Below are positions 38,504 to 51,239 of a stretch of DNA of 64,000 nucleotides, in pieces. The stretch is from Batkoa obscura. Taxonomy: Eukaryota. The notes below the pieces were generated by a model, which searched no databases, had not been told where the DNA came from, and saw only the letters and a list, made by a program, of their open reading frames with translations. Where the stretch lies: NCBI GenBank assembly GCA_030770535.1, contig JASVEC010000019.1, positions 372,001-436,000 on the forward strand. The letters are read 5' to 3'. Made by a program: the position numbers and the translations under genes. Each line of letters opens with the position of its first letter. The stretch's first letter is position 1.

Positions 38504-38598
38504 GGAGATGTATTTTGTTCAAGAATTTCACTGACAATTTTTCTGCTCAAATAGTACTTAAAAGATGGAAAAAGTAATGAACCAAAAAACACATCTCC
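38504..38598. mobile_element. MITE copy
   Basis: ggagatgt...acatctcc; flanks aaat/aagt. Confidence 0.8.
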
Positions 38599-39559
38599 AA
38601 GTAGTAGTATTTTTTCTAAAAAGTTATACGATTTAAAAAAAAGCTAATTTTTGGGTAATTTTTTGACTGTTAAGTTTAACAAATATTTTTTTAGTTGCTA
38701 AAATACTTAGTTTTGTTTATCTGCTATGTGTATAAGATTAGACTATCATATTTTGCTTTTTATTGTGTTTTTCGTGCTAAATTTTTCAACTATAAAGCTT
38801 TTAATATAAGTTGTGTGATTTTGAATTTTTGAGAAAAACTTGAGGAATTTTTTATATACAATTGTTTCAATATTAATAATTACCTTTTATTATATTAAAA
38901 ATACAAAAAAAACATAAAAATATTGATAGATCAGCCTAAATTATGTAGGTCATTTAGTTTATTTTTATTTCTTTTTTCAAAAAATCTTTTATTATGTTTT
39001 TTAATTGTACTCAATTTTTAAAAACAACGTGTATTTATATGAGGAAATTTGATTAATAAATAGACAAATCCTATTATTGTATAGTAGAAAAAGATAATTA
39101 TGCTTTAGAGTGGCGGACAAAGGAATATAAACTAGCGAAAAGATCCAGATATTGAGGGTAAGAAAAAAACAGTGCCAATAACCAAACTATATTGCTCTGA
39201 AAAAAGAGAAGTACAGGAAATAATGACCGAGGTTTTCTTCTTACATCAAGCAAGGAATACAGCTATTAAACAAACAAGGTTTAAATGAATCAATGATGTT
39301 TGAAGTATAAACATCACAGGATGACGAATAGATATGAGATTTCAATCTAAGGGGATTGGTAGGTGTTTTGACGCTTTTTTCTAGAGCTGATAGAAGCGCT
39401 GGGTTAAGAAAAAGATAGCTTAGTATAACTCTTTATTTGAAAAAAATTTAAAGAAAATTATCGAAAAGAACAAATAGAATATTCAATCAAAACTTATGTA
39501 AAAATGCCTTAAGTTATAAGAAATATTCATTTATTATAAAATGGATTTGAGCTACATAT

Positions 39560-39759
39560 AAGGATGTTTTTTTTGGCCTCATCGCTTTTTTCACTTTTCA
39601 AGTGCTATTTGAGCGGAAAAATTGTCAGTGAAATTCCTAAACAAAAATACATCTACATATGGGGATGATTTTTTTGATTTCATTACTTTTTCCACCTTTT
39701 AAGCGCTATTTAAGCGGAAAATTTGTTAGTAAAATTCTTAAACATAAAAATACATCCCC
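39560..39759. mobile_element. Two head-to-tail MITE copies sharing one ATAT (39657-39660)
   Basis: ATAT-[39560..39656]-ATAT-[39661..39759]-ATAT. Confidence 0.85.
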
Positions 39760-40646
39760 ATATGTATAATTAGAATGATGAATTTGAACTATTATGAAAT
39801 TAGATAGCTGTCCTAAAGTCATCGTTTTAAAGCATAAGATCATTACGGCTAATAATACTTATATATAAAATAGTATATAATATTATAAAATATAGAACAG
39901 TAAAAGTTCCTTATTATTAAAAACTAATTTACTAGAATCTTATCCAAACCAATGATAGAATATACTTTAATAATTCATTTAGGAGATCTTTGTTATAACA
40001 TATTAAATGTAAGATATATATTAAAAGGGTAGTGATTATATGCTCAAGACATAATCCTAGATGCTGTTTTTTTGATGCTAAGTGTAAAGCTTTAATGACT
40101 TCAAGATTCAAGAAGAAGGAGATAAGTAAACAAATTCTGTAGTTATCAACTTACAGCACTGAATTCGAATCTATTTGATATACGTATATCTAGTTAAATC
40201 ATATCCTCTTTTACGAAAATTAGATTTGTTAAAAGTTATGTGACCAAAAAATGCATCGCAATATTGTGTATTAGCAATGTAAATACTTTGGATACTAGAT
40301 GACAATGAACTTTGATTTATTAAATTTATAGACATATATATTAAGCTAACTTCTTTTAGAGTTGATGCTTTTAAAAAATTACAACTAATCTTATTTATTG
40401 GATTAATCCTACCTAAGGTAACGATACTAGTGTCTTTAATTAATTCCAATTTGCCATAGTTATTATTAGTAGTTAATTGAATTAATGCACTTTATTAACA
40501 AGTACCATTTGAACTCAGTCCATCCGGTCCGATTTGACTAAAAGGATTGATATAAAAAAATATTATATTATCTAAAATTTTACAATGTGAATATCCTGTT
40601 TTAATAACAAATGTATATATTAGTATACAAAAATTATTATAGTGAT

Positions 40647-40745
40647 GGGGATGTATTTTTGTGTTTAAGAATTTTACTGATAATTTTTCCACTCAAATAG
40701 CGCTTAAAAAATAGAAAAAGTGATGAAGCCAAAAAAAGCATCCCC
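40647..40745. mobile_element. MITE copy
   Basis: GGGGATG...CATCCCC; non-palindromic TGAT/TGAT TSD. Confidence 0.9.
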
Positions 40746-40779
40746 TGATGTTTTTTAGTAGCTTTTCCTATCAAAATAT

Positions 40780-40878
40780 GGGGGTGTTTTTTTCAACTTC
40801 ATTACTTTTTCTATCTTTTAAGCACTATTTGAGCAGAAATTTTGTTAGTAAAGTTCTTGAACACAAAAATATATCCCC
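40780..40878. mobile_element. MITE copy
   Basis: gggggtg...tatcccc; ATAT/ATAT TSD. Confidence 0.85.
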
Positions 40879-41131
40879 ATATGTTACATTACACTAAAAC
40901 TAAATTTATTGTAACTCAATGGATAATACAGTAAATAATATCAGATAAAAATCATCAAAAACTTCAAGCTTCAGTCTACATTTTATATCAATACAGTATA
41001 ATGCATTGAAAATCTAGCTCCCATTTAAAAGCATTAATACATATTTTTTGGAAACGTTCAAATTTTATCAAAGCAACTAGGGCTATCCACACTCCAAAGT
41101 CATACATAACACTAAATATAGTTTAAGATTT

Positions 41132-41229
41132 GGGGATGTATTTTTTGCTTAATAATTTTACTGACAATTTTTCTACTTAAATAGTGCTTAAAAAATGGAA
41201 AAAGTTATGAAACCAAAAAAAACAGCCCC
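41132..41229. mobile_element. MITE copy
   Basis: ggggatgt...acagcccc; ATTT/ATTT TSD. Confidence 0.85.
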
Positions 41230-41979
41230 ATTTGATATTTTTAATAAACTTTAATTTATATCAGTTGGATAGATTATTCATTGAGTTATAAACCTAGTCA
41301 TATTTTAATGACTTAATTTTTTTAAAACTAAAGAACTAAACTTATTAAAAACATTTTATAAAATGTATCAAAACAAACTTTATTTTTTGCTTAATACTTA
41401 AGTAAATTTGCTACTACTCAATGGACAATACATCAAATAGTATGAAACAAAACTTATTGAAGAGATTAAACCTTGTACTACATTTAATATTATAATCTCA
41501 AAATATGTTGAAACCTAGTTACCTTTAAAATGAGCTATATGCACTATTTGAGTTATAATGGATCACTTGCTTATTTAAAATTTTGAAAAAAATCAAAACA
41601 CAACCTATACTAAATAGTATAGCATTAATTATTTTGATAATAAAAGTTTATAAAAAATAATACCAGATTAGTTTTTGTGTATTAATATATACATAACACT
41701 AAAATAATATATTTACACTGTATAAGTTTATATAACACAACATCCCTAAAAACTATCCTAATGGGGCGGTTTTTAAAAATGAGCCCCTTCATTTTCAAGT
41801 TGCTCATAAACAAACTGGTCCCTTCGGTTTAAAATGATTAAATAGTACCCATTAACTTTAAACTCATCAGCTGCTTTGAATTTCCAAAATACTTAAAACC
41901 AAAATTATTGGAAATGTTAAAACATTAAGTTTATTATGAGTAAAGTTTATATTTGACTTAGTTTCGTCAAACATCATAT

Positions 41980-42075
41980 GGGGATGTATTTTTGTGTTTA
42001 AGAACTTTACTAATAAATTTTCCACTCAAATAGCGCTTAGAAAATAGAAAAAATAATGAAATCAAAAACACTCAC
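41980..42075. mobile_element. MITE copy
   Basis: ggggatgt start, family core, degenerate right end. Confidence 0.8.
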
Positions 42076-42321
42076 ATACATTTAAATCTATAGGTAATTA
42101 ATTTGATTAGACTTATTAAGTTTTGTCTTGGTTGTGCTTAATCCATCAAGATCTAAATCGCCATTTATATCCAACTTTAACGACTTTAATATATTTGGAT
42201 TTAAATATTCGACATATTGTTTGATTAAGTTATTTATTATAACATATTCAAATGATCTGAGTTTATTTAAATATCCTCTTTAAATAATTTAGTGTCTGTC
42301 TATCATCAAAATCTTCTATAT

Positions 42322-42420
42322 GGGAGTGTCTTTTTTAACTTCATTATTTCTTCCATTTTTTAAGCGCTATCTAAGCGGAAAATTTGCTAACAAAATTCTT
42401 AAACACAAAAATATATCCCC
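42322..42420. mobile_element. MITE copy
   Basis: gggagtg...tatcccc; ATAT/ATAT TSD. Confidence 0.85.
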
Positions 42421-43499
42421 ATATGAAATCTTTATACTTTGACATTTGGATATTTAATTGATATCATCACTAATGTTATTAATACTACCAGTAGTATCGT
42501 CGTTAACATTATTATTACTATAATTTGGGTTTTCTAATTGATAGATCTTAGATTTAGTCATTAATTTAAACACTGAGTATCTTTACGTATTATATCTATG
42601 TGTTTCATTGATTCTTCATTCTCTCTAATGAATTTCTTCTGGTACATTCAATGCCTATCAGTCCAATGTTGATCATATTATGAATAAGTTGCGTTATATT
42701 TAGCAACTCTACTTCCAATAGAAAACAACTCTTAGAAAACACGAATCAATTGGTTCTCCTGGATACACGAGCTTAAATATCTCCTCTAATAAGAGATCGG
42801 ACATTCAGTTAAGTTTCAACACCATTTTATTATAAAATAAAACTTAAAAATAAAAATGATATAATTTACTATATGTGTTTCTAATAAAAAATTTGTGCAA
42901 AATTGATATGGGAATGCCTTTTTGGCAAAAATTGAAAATTGAAACTTAGATATCCACATGTAAAAACGTTATATAAGTGAAGGTTATTGGTTGAATACAC
43001 CTATTTTTGCTTTTGAATCTCTATTTCTTGCTTTATGCTTATTTTCATTAGACTCTGACCAGATAGTGTTTGAATATTTCCTTGTAATAATTTGATTAAA
43101 ACTAAAAAAATATCGTTATCTTATGTAAGATTTTATTATATCACTCAACTTAAAAACAATAAAAAACCTCATTTAAATTTTTCGCCTAGAAATGTATATT
43201 ATCAGAAAAAGGATTTGAACTATTTGTAATTCATTTAAAGTAATTATTACAAAGCATAATTTTAGACATATTAATGTCATTTACATTTAAAAGTAGTCGG
43301 AATATTAAAATTTGATTTTTATTGAAGGCTGGTTTATTCTTAGTAAGAGATAGCCATTTATTATTAAAAGCTAGTGCATTACAATTTTACTTAAAGCAAC
43401 GATGGGATATAATTTAATAATTAGTTATAAGCATCTTTATTATATTTATGAAAACGTGTTGTAAGTAATAAATGAATAATAAGAGTATGCTTAATAAAA

Positions 43500-44664
43500 T
43501 TCAATATTTTGTTTTTTAACTAAAAATAATTACTTTTAACAATTCCAAGGTTTGAGAATAAAGATATAAAATAAACAAATTCTTATATTGTAATAATATA
43601 GTTCTGAACTTGAATTTAATTTACAGAACTAAACTTAACTAAATTATACTCTTGGTTCTAAAAAAGATTATTAAACTCAACATTATTAAATAGTTGCTTA
43701 TCACAAGTGATATGAGAAAAATGAACAATTTGAATATTTGTAATTAAAGTAATGACTCTTTTGATCTTAATGTCAGTTACTAGATAATAAGCCTCTTTTG
43801 AAGCTAGTATTTAAAGAAGCTATAACTGATATTATTTTTTGGGTTAAAGCTATCTAAAGTAACTATGTTGGTCTCTTCGATTAGTCCTATCTCATTATAG
43901 TCATTATTAGTAGATAAATTAAACCTAATGCTATCTATTGGTTTTAAACTATTAAGCTGCTTCAAGTCTCCTAAACACTTTATATCAAAATCATAAAAAT
44001 TATCTTTAACTGACAGCTCTAAATTAGAGTTAAAATTTATATTTGGATTAATTTTATTAATTATATAATCTGGTTAATCTAAATTCAACCAATACTTTCA
44101 GCTTATTGAAACTTGTTTTAATTTGGTCTAGCCCATTGAGATCCAGATCTCCAGATGTTTAACTAAAGCGGTTTTGATTTATCTAGATTCAAACATTTAA
44201 TATATTCTTCGATTGAAGTATTAGTTTTCCTATATTCAAATGTCCTAAGTTTATCTAAACATTCATCAAATAAGTCTAATAATTGCGCGTTGTCATTAGC
44301 ATCCAGACTAAGTTTTTTAAATTTTGTAATTCGATATATAATTTAATCTTGTTACTGTGAAATAATATTTCATAAATGATGGACTTTAGATTTGGACATT
44401 AGTTTAAGTATTCAATATCTTCAATAGTTATGTTTACATACTTCATCAATTCCCTATTTCCTTTAATGAGTTTATTCTAGTATCTTCAATATTTTTCGGT
44501 CCTCTTTCGATTATATATTGAACAAGCTGAATTGTTTAACTACTCTCAATAGTAAACAAATGCTTACTTGAAAAGCATAAATCAATCAATTCTTCTGAAT
44601 ATAAGAATTTGAATGTTTCCTTTAGCATGAGATCTGATAATTGGTCAAATTTTAATACTATCAT
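43500..44664 (-). pseudogene. F-box/LRR-like pseudogene
   Basis: ATG at 44664 reads MIVLKFDQLSDLMLKETFKFLYSEELIDLCFSSKHLF (F-box pattern), followed by stops and Leu/Ile-rich repeats. Left boundary approximate. Confidence 0.65.
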
Positions 44665-44950
44665 GAAATATATAATCTGTTAAAAATTGAAAGAATTTCT
44701 TTGCTAATTTTATTATTTTAATTTTCTAAGTAGATTAAAAATATATTGAGGGAACACTATTGGTTCAACAAATCTGAACTTATATTTAGACTCTTATACC
44801 CATTTATCCTTTTTTTAGACATTGACTTCAATCAACAAAAGTCTAAAGTTTCAAAAAGAGAAGCAAATTTAGCACAATAGACATCAGAATCAAACTCGAT
44901 TCAATTTCTGTAAAAAATTAAATAACATCGGCTGCGACAAAACCCCAAAG

Positions 44951-46935
44951 ATGTCGATCCCAATAGTCACTCAAAATCAAGTTAAAGTAACTCACCATCC
45001 CATATAACCAACATACTAACCCTGAACTAAAATTTCTATTTAAAGGTAGCGATTGAAGGTTGTTGTCATGGAGAATTGAACAAAATTTATTCCGAGGTGG
45101 AAAGACGAGGCGGAGCAGATTTAGTACTTATCGGTGGTGATTTTCAGGCAATTAGAAATTCGAATGATTTATCCTGTTTATCAGTGCCAAAAAAATATTT
45201 ACAAATGAATGACTTTCATGAGTATTATAATGGTACTAAAGAGGCAAAGTATTTAACCATCTTTATTGGAGGAAATCATGAAGCTTCGAATTATTTGTCC
45301 GAATTGTAAGTTACAAATAAATTATTATTTTTTTGAAAACGATTGATTGATGGAAGCTGTTAGATTCTATGGTGGCTGGGTAGCCAAAAATATCTATTAT
45401 TTAGGCAAAGCAGGAAGTGTTGTTTTTAATGGACTAAGGATATCAGGTTTATCAGGGATTTATAAAGAAGGGGATTATTTCAAAGGTATATTTTTAACCA
45501 ACTATTCTTTATCATGAAAATTAAATAAAGCCATTACAATACTAAGGACATTATGAAAGACCACCATACAACCCTACAAGTTTAAGGAGCGTTTATCATA
45601 CAAGAGAGTATGAAGTAACCAAACTATCATTTTTAAATCAAAGACCAGATATTATGTTATCCCATGATTGGCCAAACAATATTGAAAAATATGGGAATCA
45701 TCAATTATTATGTAAATTGAAACCTTTTTTCAAGCAAGACGTAAGCTATTATATTAATAATTATAATGAATATTAAATATTGATGTTTTTGTAAAAAGAT
45801 ATTCCAAAATCAATTGGGCAGCCCAGCAAGTGAGTATCTACTACATCATTTAAAACCTCAATATTGGTTTTCTGCTCATCTTCATGTGAAGTTTAAAGCA
45901 ATAGTTTATCACCAAAACAGTCAGTATGACGGTGAACAGCAAAATAAAAGGAACCAGAGAATTGGTAATATAATTAAAGTTGTATTATTATTTTTTATAA
46001 TTTTTTTTATTCTTTAATGTTTAGAAGACGATGAGATTAATTTGGATGAAATTAAGATAAATTCGGATGAAATTGAAATTAATCCAGATGAATTGGAAAT
46101 TAATTTGGGTAATGATAATGAAATTAGTATAGAAAGTAAGATAAATATTAAAGGGGAAAAAGAACAAAAAAACAGCGGTAAAATTAGTTTCTTGACGTCT
46201 TATTGTATTTTATATTGTTTATAGATGACTCAAACAATCTAAGTCAAGAAAAAATTAACAATGAGGAAACGATAGTAGATAATGGTAAATATCATCTCAT
46301 TTATTTTGTATTTTGTATTAACTTCAAGTTAGCAAATGGAAGCATAAAAAGACCATTTGAAGAAGAACCAACATTAACAACAGAATTTTTATCATTAGAT
46401 AAATGTGGCCAAGTCAAAGGTGGGAAAGCTAGAAAATATCTTGAAGTAATAATGATAACACTTTAATAATAGCGATAAAAAATTAATATAATCTTATTAG
46501 ATTATAGATATTCCAATAGTAAATGAAGAATTATATAATTTATTACCAAAAGGCAGATTATGTTATGACATCAATTGGTTAGCTATAACAAAAGCATTAC
46601 ATCCTTTATTAAATTTAGATTATAATTACGATATAAATAAACAAATACAGGATTTTGAGGGTATGCAAAGGTAATCATTTTATACTGAACTAAACTATGA
46701 CTTTATAATTAAAAAAATTGTTAATAGTAAAATAAAACAATGTCAACAAGAAATTATAGAAAGAAATGAGTTAAATAAAGATTGTTTGGGGATCCCTATT
46801 CCATTAAATTTTAAAACGGAAGCTCCTACTTCTTTAGAGACTATTGAAAATTTACCAAAAGTTGTAAATTGGTATCCAAATTCTCAAACAAAAGGATTTT
46901 GTGAATTGGTAGGTATAGATAATTTGTTTCAATAA
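44951..46935 (+). CDS. DBR1: RNA lariat debranching enzyme; multi-exon
   Basis: [66 protein letters not shown]; first intron 44987-45045 contains TACTAAC. Confidence 0.95.
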
Positions 46936-47446
46936 ACCTCATTTATAAAAAATAAATACCTTATTAATTCAAAGTCTTTATTCTTTGAATTTATTTTTTT
47001 TAAGAAACTTCAGAGGTTAAAAATTATAGAAATGTCAAATCAAAAAACATCTCATAAAAAATAGAATTTTTGCCATTGTTAGCTGATTGAATTTTCTAAG
47101 AAAAAAGGAAATCAAAAGGTGCTGAAAGAACCAAGGATATCCGCCTTATAAAGTAAGAAGGAGTAAAGCTAAGCGAAAATGAGAATGTGACATATTAAGA
47201 AAAAGAAAGTTAGAGTTAAGTTTTTGTTATTAAAGAGTAGTTTTATATGAGATAAGACAACCTAGGAGAACACCAAACACATTATATTCTAATAGGATAT
47301 TTTATTGTAGCCAAAAGTAAAACAAAAATAATCCTACAAATTAGGTAGAACAATAAGTACTGGTGGAAAGGTGAAAAAGAAATGAGACAAGGCCGATTTT
47401 AAAAGTACTTTGTTAAAAGAAAAGAAAAGAAACTGATTCAGATTGA

Positions 47447-48787
47447 TTAATTTATTAAACTCAAAATTAACATAATAAAAAATAAAAGCAAATTACTATT
47501 ATTAGTAATTGATGATGAATTCTTTGAAGTAAATAACATATTATAAGAATGCTCTTGAGATGGATTTTTGGTTAATGTATATCCCATAGCTTCTAAAATA
47601 GCTAATGTATTTGGTCCATAAGGAGCTGTATTCCAGGTCCCAATCGATTTCATAACTTCATAAATATCTTTATCTTCCATTCTATAACACATTAAAGAAT
47701 CAGCTGTATTTAAATATTTGGATTTGTCTAAATGAGAAATGGAAGAACCTGGTGCATAAGGAACTAAAGAAGTTTCCAATGTAATCAAAGTATCCTTATT
47801 AATTTGGAAAAATAGATTATCTTTAATAGTCACTTGTTTTGTTAAATCCTTTGCTATATTTCCTAGTTTACTTCCTTCTTTTAATGGATTTTCGGCGTCC
47901 AATAAATTGTTTTTATTAAATAGTTGGATGTATTTCTCTATTGTATTATTTGGATTACTAAAGACCAAAAATTTGTCAAAAACAAATTGGATAAATCTAA
48001 CTTGAACTTGTTTTGAGTCCTTATCCTCAGATTGAATATCAGGCAAAAAAGTAGCCAAACCTTTATTAAAATGATCATCAATGGAGGTAACAAAACCCAA
48101 ACCATGTAATAACTCATGAGAAATTAGATCTAAAAAACTAGCTTTATCTCCACCTTTAATCCTTGAATTTGGGAAATAATAAGGTGCCTTGGAATTAAAT
48201 TCAGCAAAGATATCATATTGATGATACTCAACATTCCTGGGCTTCTTGGGAATTAACTGCTTATATAATGCTTGGGGATATAATCTTATTATTCCCTTTT
48301 CATCTGCTATCGGAAAACTTCTTGATGGTAATGCTTGACCTAGCATATAATTATCCCCTTCAGGACATTCATCTTTACCTTCACAGAATGGATAAAAGGA
48401 AGCTTGAATTGATATAGGATGAGTCAAATTTATAGCATTTTCCAAGAATACAGCCATTGAAATCAAGCCATTTTCAATGTTCTTACATAATTCTTTAGTA
48501 GCCTCACAGTAAAAATCCACTTGTACTTTGTTAGACGTAGGAGTTATTATTCTATGATCTTTATCTTGTTGACCAAGATTGGATCGTTTCCATAACGTTC
48601 TGTAAGTCTGGATTGGCTTAATATTACAATTATTCGACTTTAACTTACTATTTGGTCCATATTTATCATGAGTTGAATAATGATCATAACATCTTGACAC
48701 TGTTGATGGATTTATTTGTTGTGATGTTGAAACTGATAATATAAAAGATAAACTTAGTATAAGATAAAAATGATTGATAAATAACAT
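47447..48787 (-). CDS. Secreted, possibly GPI-anchored zinc metallopeptidase-like protein (HELLHGLGF), copy 1
   Basis: Signal peptide, HEXXHGLGF, GSSISHLD, SLM Met-turn-like segment, S/N-rich spacer and hydrophobic C-terminus; intronless. Confidence 0.75.
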   Translation of the reverse strand: MLFINHFYLILSLSFILSVSTSQQINPSTVSRCYDHYSTHDKYGPNSKLKSNNCNIKPIQTYRTLWKRSNLGQQDKDHRIITPTSNKVQVDFYCEATKELCKNIENGLISMAVFLENAINLTHPISIQASFYPFCEGKDECPEGDNYMLGQALPSRSFPIADEKGIIRLYPQALYKQLIPKKPRNVEYHQYDIFAEFNSKAPYYFPNSRIKGGDKASFLDLISHELLHGLGFVTSIDDHFNKGLATFLPDIQSEDKDSKQVQVRFIQFVFDKFLVFSNPNNTIEKYIQLFNKNNLLDAENPLKEGSKLGNIAKDLTKQVTIKDNLFFQINKDTLITLETSLVPYAPGSSISHLDKSKYLNTADSLMCYRMEDKDIYEVMKSIGTWNTAPYGPNTLAILEAMGYTLTKNPSQEHSYNMLFTSKNSSSITNNSNLLLFFIMLILSLIN

Positions 48788-49856
48788 ATTATTTAATGAA
48801 AAAAACGATAAAAAATGAAAAATAAAAGAAATTCATCTGAGTTTTTTATTTATATACAATTTATGTGAAATTAAATTAATTAGTATTAATATATTATAAT
48901 ATCAAAGATAAAAGTAAATGTTTATACAACTTTTTACTTATTTAAATATTAAATAATTTCTTTGAGTAACTCATAATTTATTAATTATATGCCTATTATT
49001 CTTGAATCTATTTATAAAAATGATTAAATGCATTAAAATTAATAATTTTATTAGCGGTTTAGTAGATTGTACTAATGTTTTTATACTTAATAATAGTTGT
49101 CCAATATTTAATCTATTAATTTTTTAATCATTTTTGATTTTAAAAATAAGTCTAATATTAATTTGTACAATACTGATAAAAGTGAGTAAACGTTTGTCTT
49201 TTTTACTTTTCTAATAACATTTTAATGTTAATACTAATTGCATTTTGATGATTTTTACTTTTCAAAGTTGAAAATGAGTCCAAACTTTCATTAAAAAAAC
49301 ATTATTATACTACATGTCTAACAAAGCAAGATTTATCATTTATAATTATATAAATAACTGATTCTAATTCCAATGAAAATAAAATAACTCTCCTTTGGGC
49401 AAAATAATAAATATTAAAAGCTTTAGATCTTCGATTTGTATATGTATGTTTTAAAGGCTTTAATTATATATATAAGATACTTCCACTTACCTTTAGTAAG
49501 TTTTAGATCCAATATATTGATTTTAGCTATAAGTATGTTTTATTATAAAAAAACAATTAACCATAATCCCCCGCCTCCACAAACATTAAGAAAAAACAGG
49601 TTATTAGTATTGATTTATTTTAAAAAACCTATCAGTTTTCATAACTAAAATTAGATCCTACTTGTTTGTTTTATTAAATTAATCTTTCATATGGAAGATT
49701 TGATTTATTTAAGACAATTAATACTTTGAGAAATATTATTCTATTTGATACCAGAAGGAAGTTTAAAGACTTGAGAGACTTAAAATCCTTTAATAGGTAA
49801 TATATAAGATAACATTTTAACATATAGTTTCTTTTTTAATAAGTAGATTATCTTAT

Positions 49857-49955
49857 GGGGATGTTTTTTTTGGCCTCATCACTTTTTCCATCTTTTAAGT
49901 GCTATTTAAGTGGAAAGATTGCTAGTAAAATTCTTAAACATAAAAATACATTCAC
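49857..49955. mobile_element. MITE copy
   Basis: ggggatg...cattcac; TTAT/TTAT TSD. Confidence 0.85.
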
Positions 49956-50370
49956 TTATGATCTAGTCAAAAAACATCATTTCTTTAAGTCTCTACCTTT
50001 TTCCTAAAGAACTATGATTACACTTACTATTAAGGATTGATTATAACTTTTTTGAGTAAAGGATGTAAACCACCTTCATATGAATTTCCTTTCTTCTTTG
50101 TTTGAATTTTGGACTAAATAATCCACTTCTTTGACTCCCTAACAAAATGGAAATTTGATCTTATCACTAGTTAAATAACTGAGCCTAAATACTAACTATT
50201 CAAAATGAAGTTGGTCCTTCTATTTTGTTTATTGTTTCATACTATTGTGTATTAAATTAATTACACTTTTATTTTGATATTTGTTCCAAAAGATAATGTT
50301 TTTGTTCAGATAAAAACTAAGTGATTCTAACAACGATCGAAAATAAGGAGAAATCGGAAGTGATATGTGA

Positions 50371-50841
50371 TGTGAAATATCGCTTTGTCAACCCTATAGT
50401 TAATTATAATATAATAATCGCCTAAGCTGTTGTGATCTCGATTTTAGAGAAAATCAATCTCACACTTTTAGTTTGATTTGCTATGAGAATTTCTAGCTTC
50501 ATCCCAAAGAATATTATTTTCTCGTTTTGATACTTGTACTTGCATTTGTCAGAGTATAAAAGAGATTTTAGAGTATAGTAGTTCAAGGCTTTTTAACTGA
50601 ATTATTCCCTGATATCTCGTACATTTAATAAAGCCATTAAGTTTTCTTAATAGTATTTTACGTAGATTTTTACATTAGTATTGTCTATTCTATTTGCTTT
50701 ACATAGTATGTAGCCTATTACGTGCTATCCTCCATAATTCAAGTCTATCTTAGTCACATAAACTAAGACCTTTTGACTTATAATGTAATCAACCAGGCAA
50801 TAGCTGTTTTTGACTCTAGTCACTGAGTACCAGATTTCACA
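50371..50841 (+). mobile_element. Solo LTR (~470 bp)
   Basis: TGTGAAAT...ATTTCACA ends, GTGA/GTGA TSD, internal TATAAAA and AATAAA; second copy at 59184. Confidence 0.8.
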
Positions 50842-51075
50842 GTGAACACTTAGTCCAAGTAGAGAAAGAAGTAAAAGAATCCATTATAAAATGGAAAATA
50901 AGGTACAAGCTGATGATTTTCACTTTGGAATTAAAAAGAGATCGAATGTGACAGCTTTTTATCTTTCGAGAATTTATTTACTTTAAAATTGAGTGAAAAA
51001 TTTATTAAGATGAGGGACTATTATCTACTCACTAAAATTCAAGTTATTAAATTTCAAAGTTGATGATTAAAATGT

Positions 51076-51169
51076 GGGACTGTTTTTTTAATTTCATTTT
51101 TCTATCTTTCAAGCACTATTTGAGTGGAAAGATTGTTAGTAAAATTCTCAAATACAAAAACATAGTCCC
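51076..51169. mobile_element. MITE copy
   Basis: gggact...agtccc with family core. Confidence 0.75.
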
Positions 51170-51239
51170 ATATATAAAATTGAAAATGTTTGAAATAATC
51201 AACAATATATAAATAAATAGATTTCAATTTTAAAACGGA

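Larger units (their letters stand above)
40000..42825 (-). pseudogene. F-box/LRR-like pseudogene fragmented by insertions
   Basis: Starts MVLKLN*MSDLLLEEIFKLVYPGEPIDSCF (F-box-like); downstream ELIKDTSIVTLGRINP aligns with GLIEETNIVTLDSFNP of the neighbouring paralog. Left boundary approximate. Confidence 0.6.

Noticed and set aside
38227..42420. Clustered ~100-bp repeats resembling a CRISPR-like array
   Set aside because: Irregular spacing, both orientations, terminal inverted repeats and TSDs identify them as MITEs; no cas genes, eukaryotic context.
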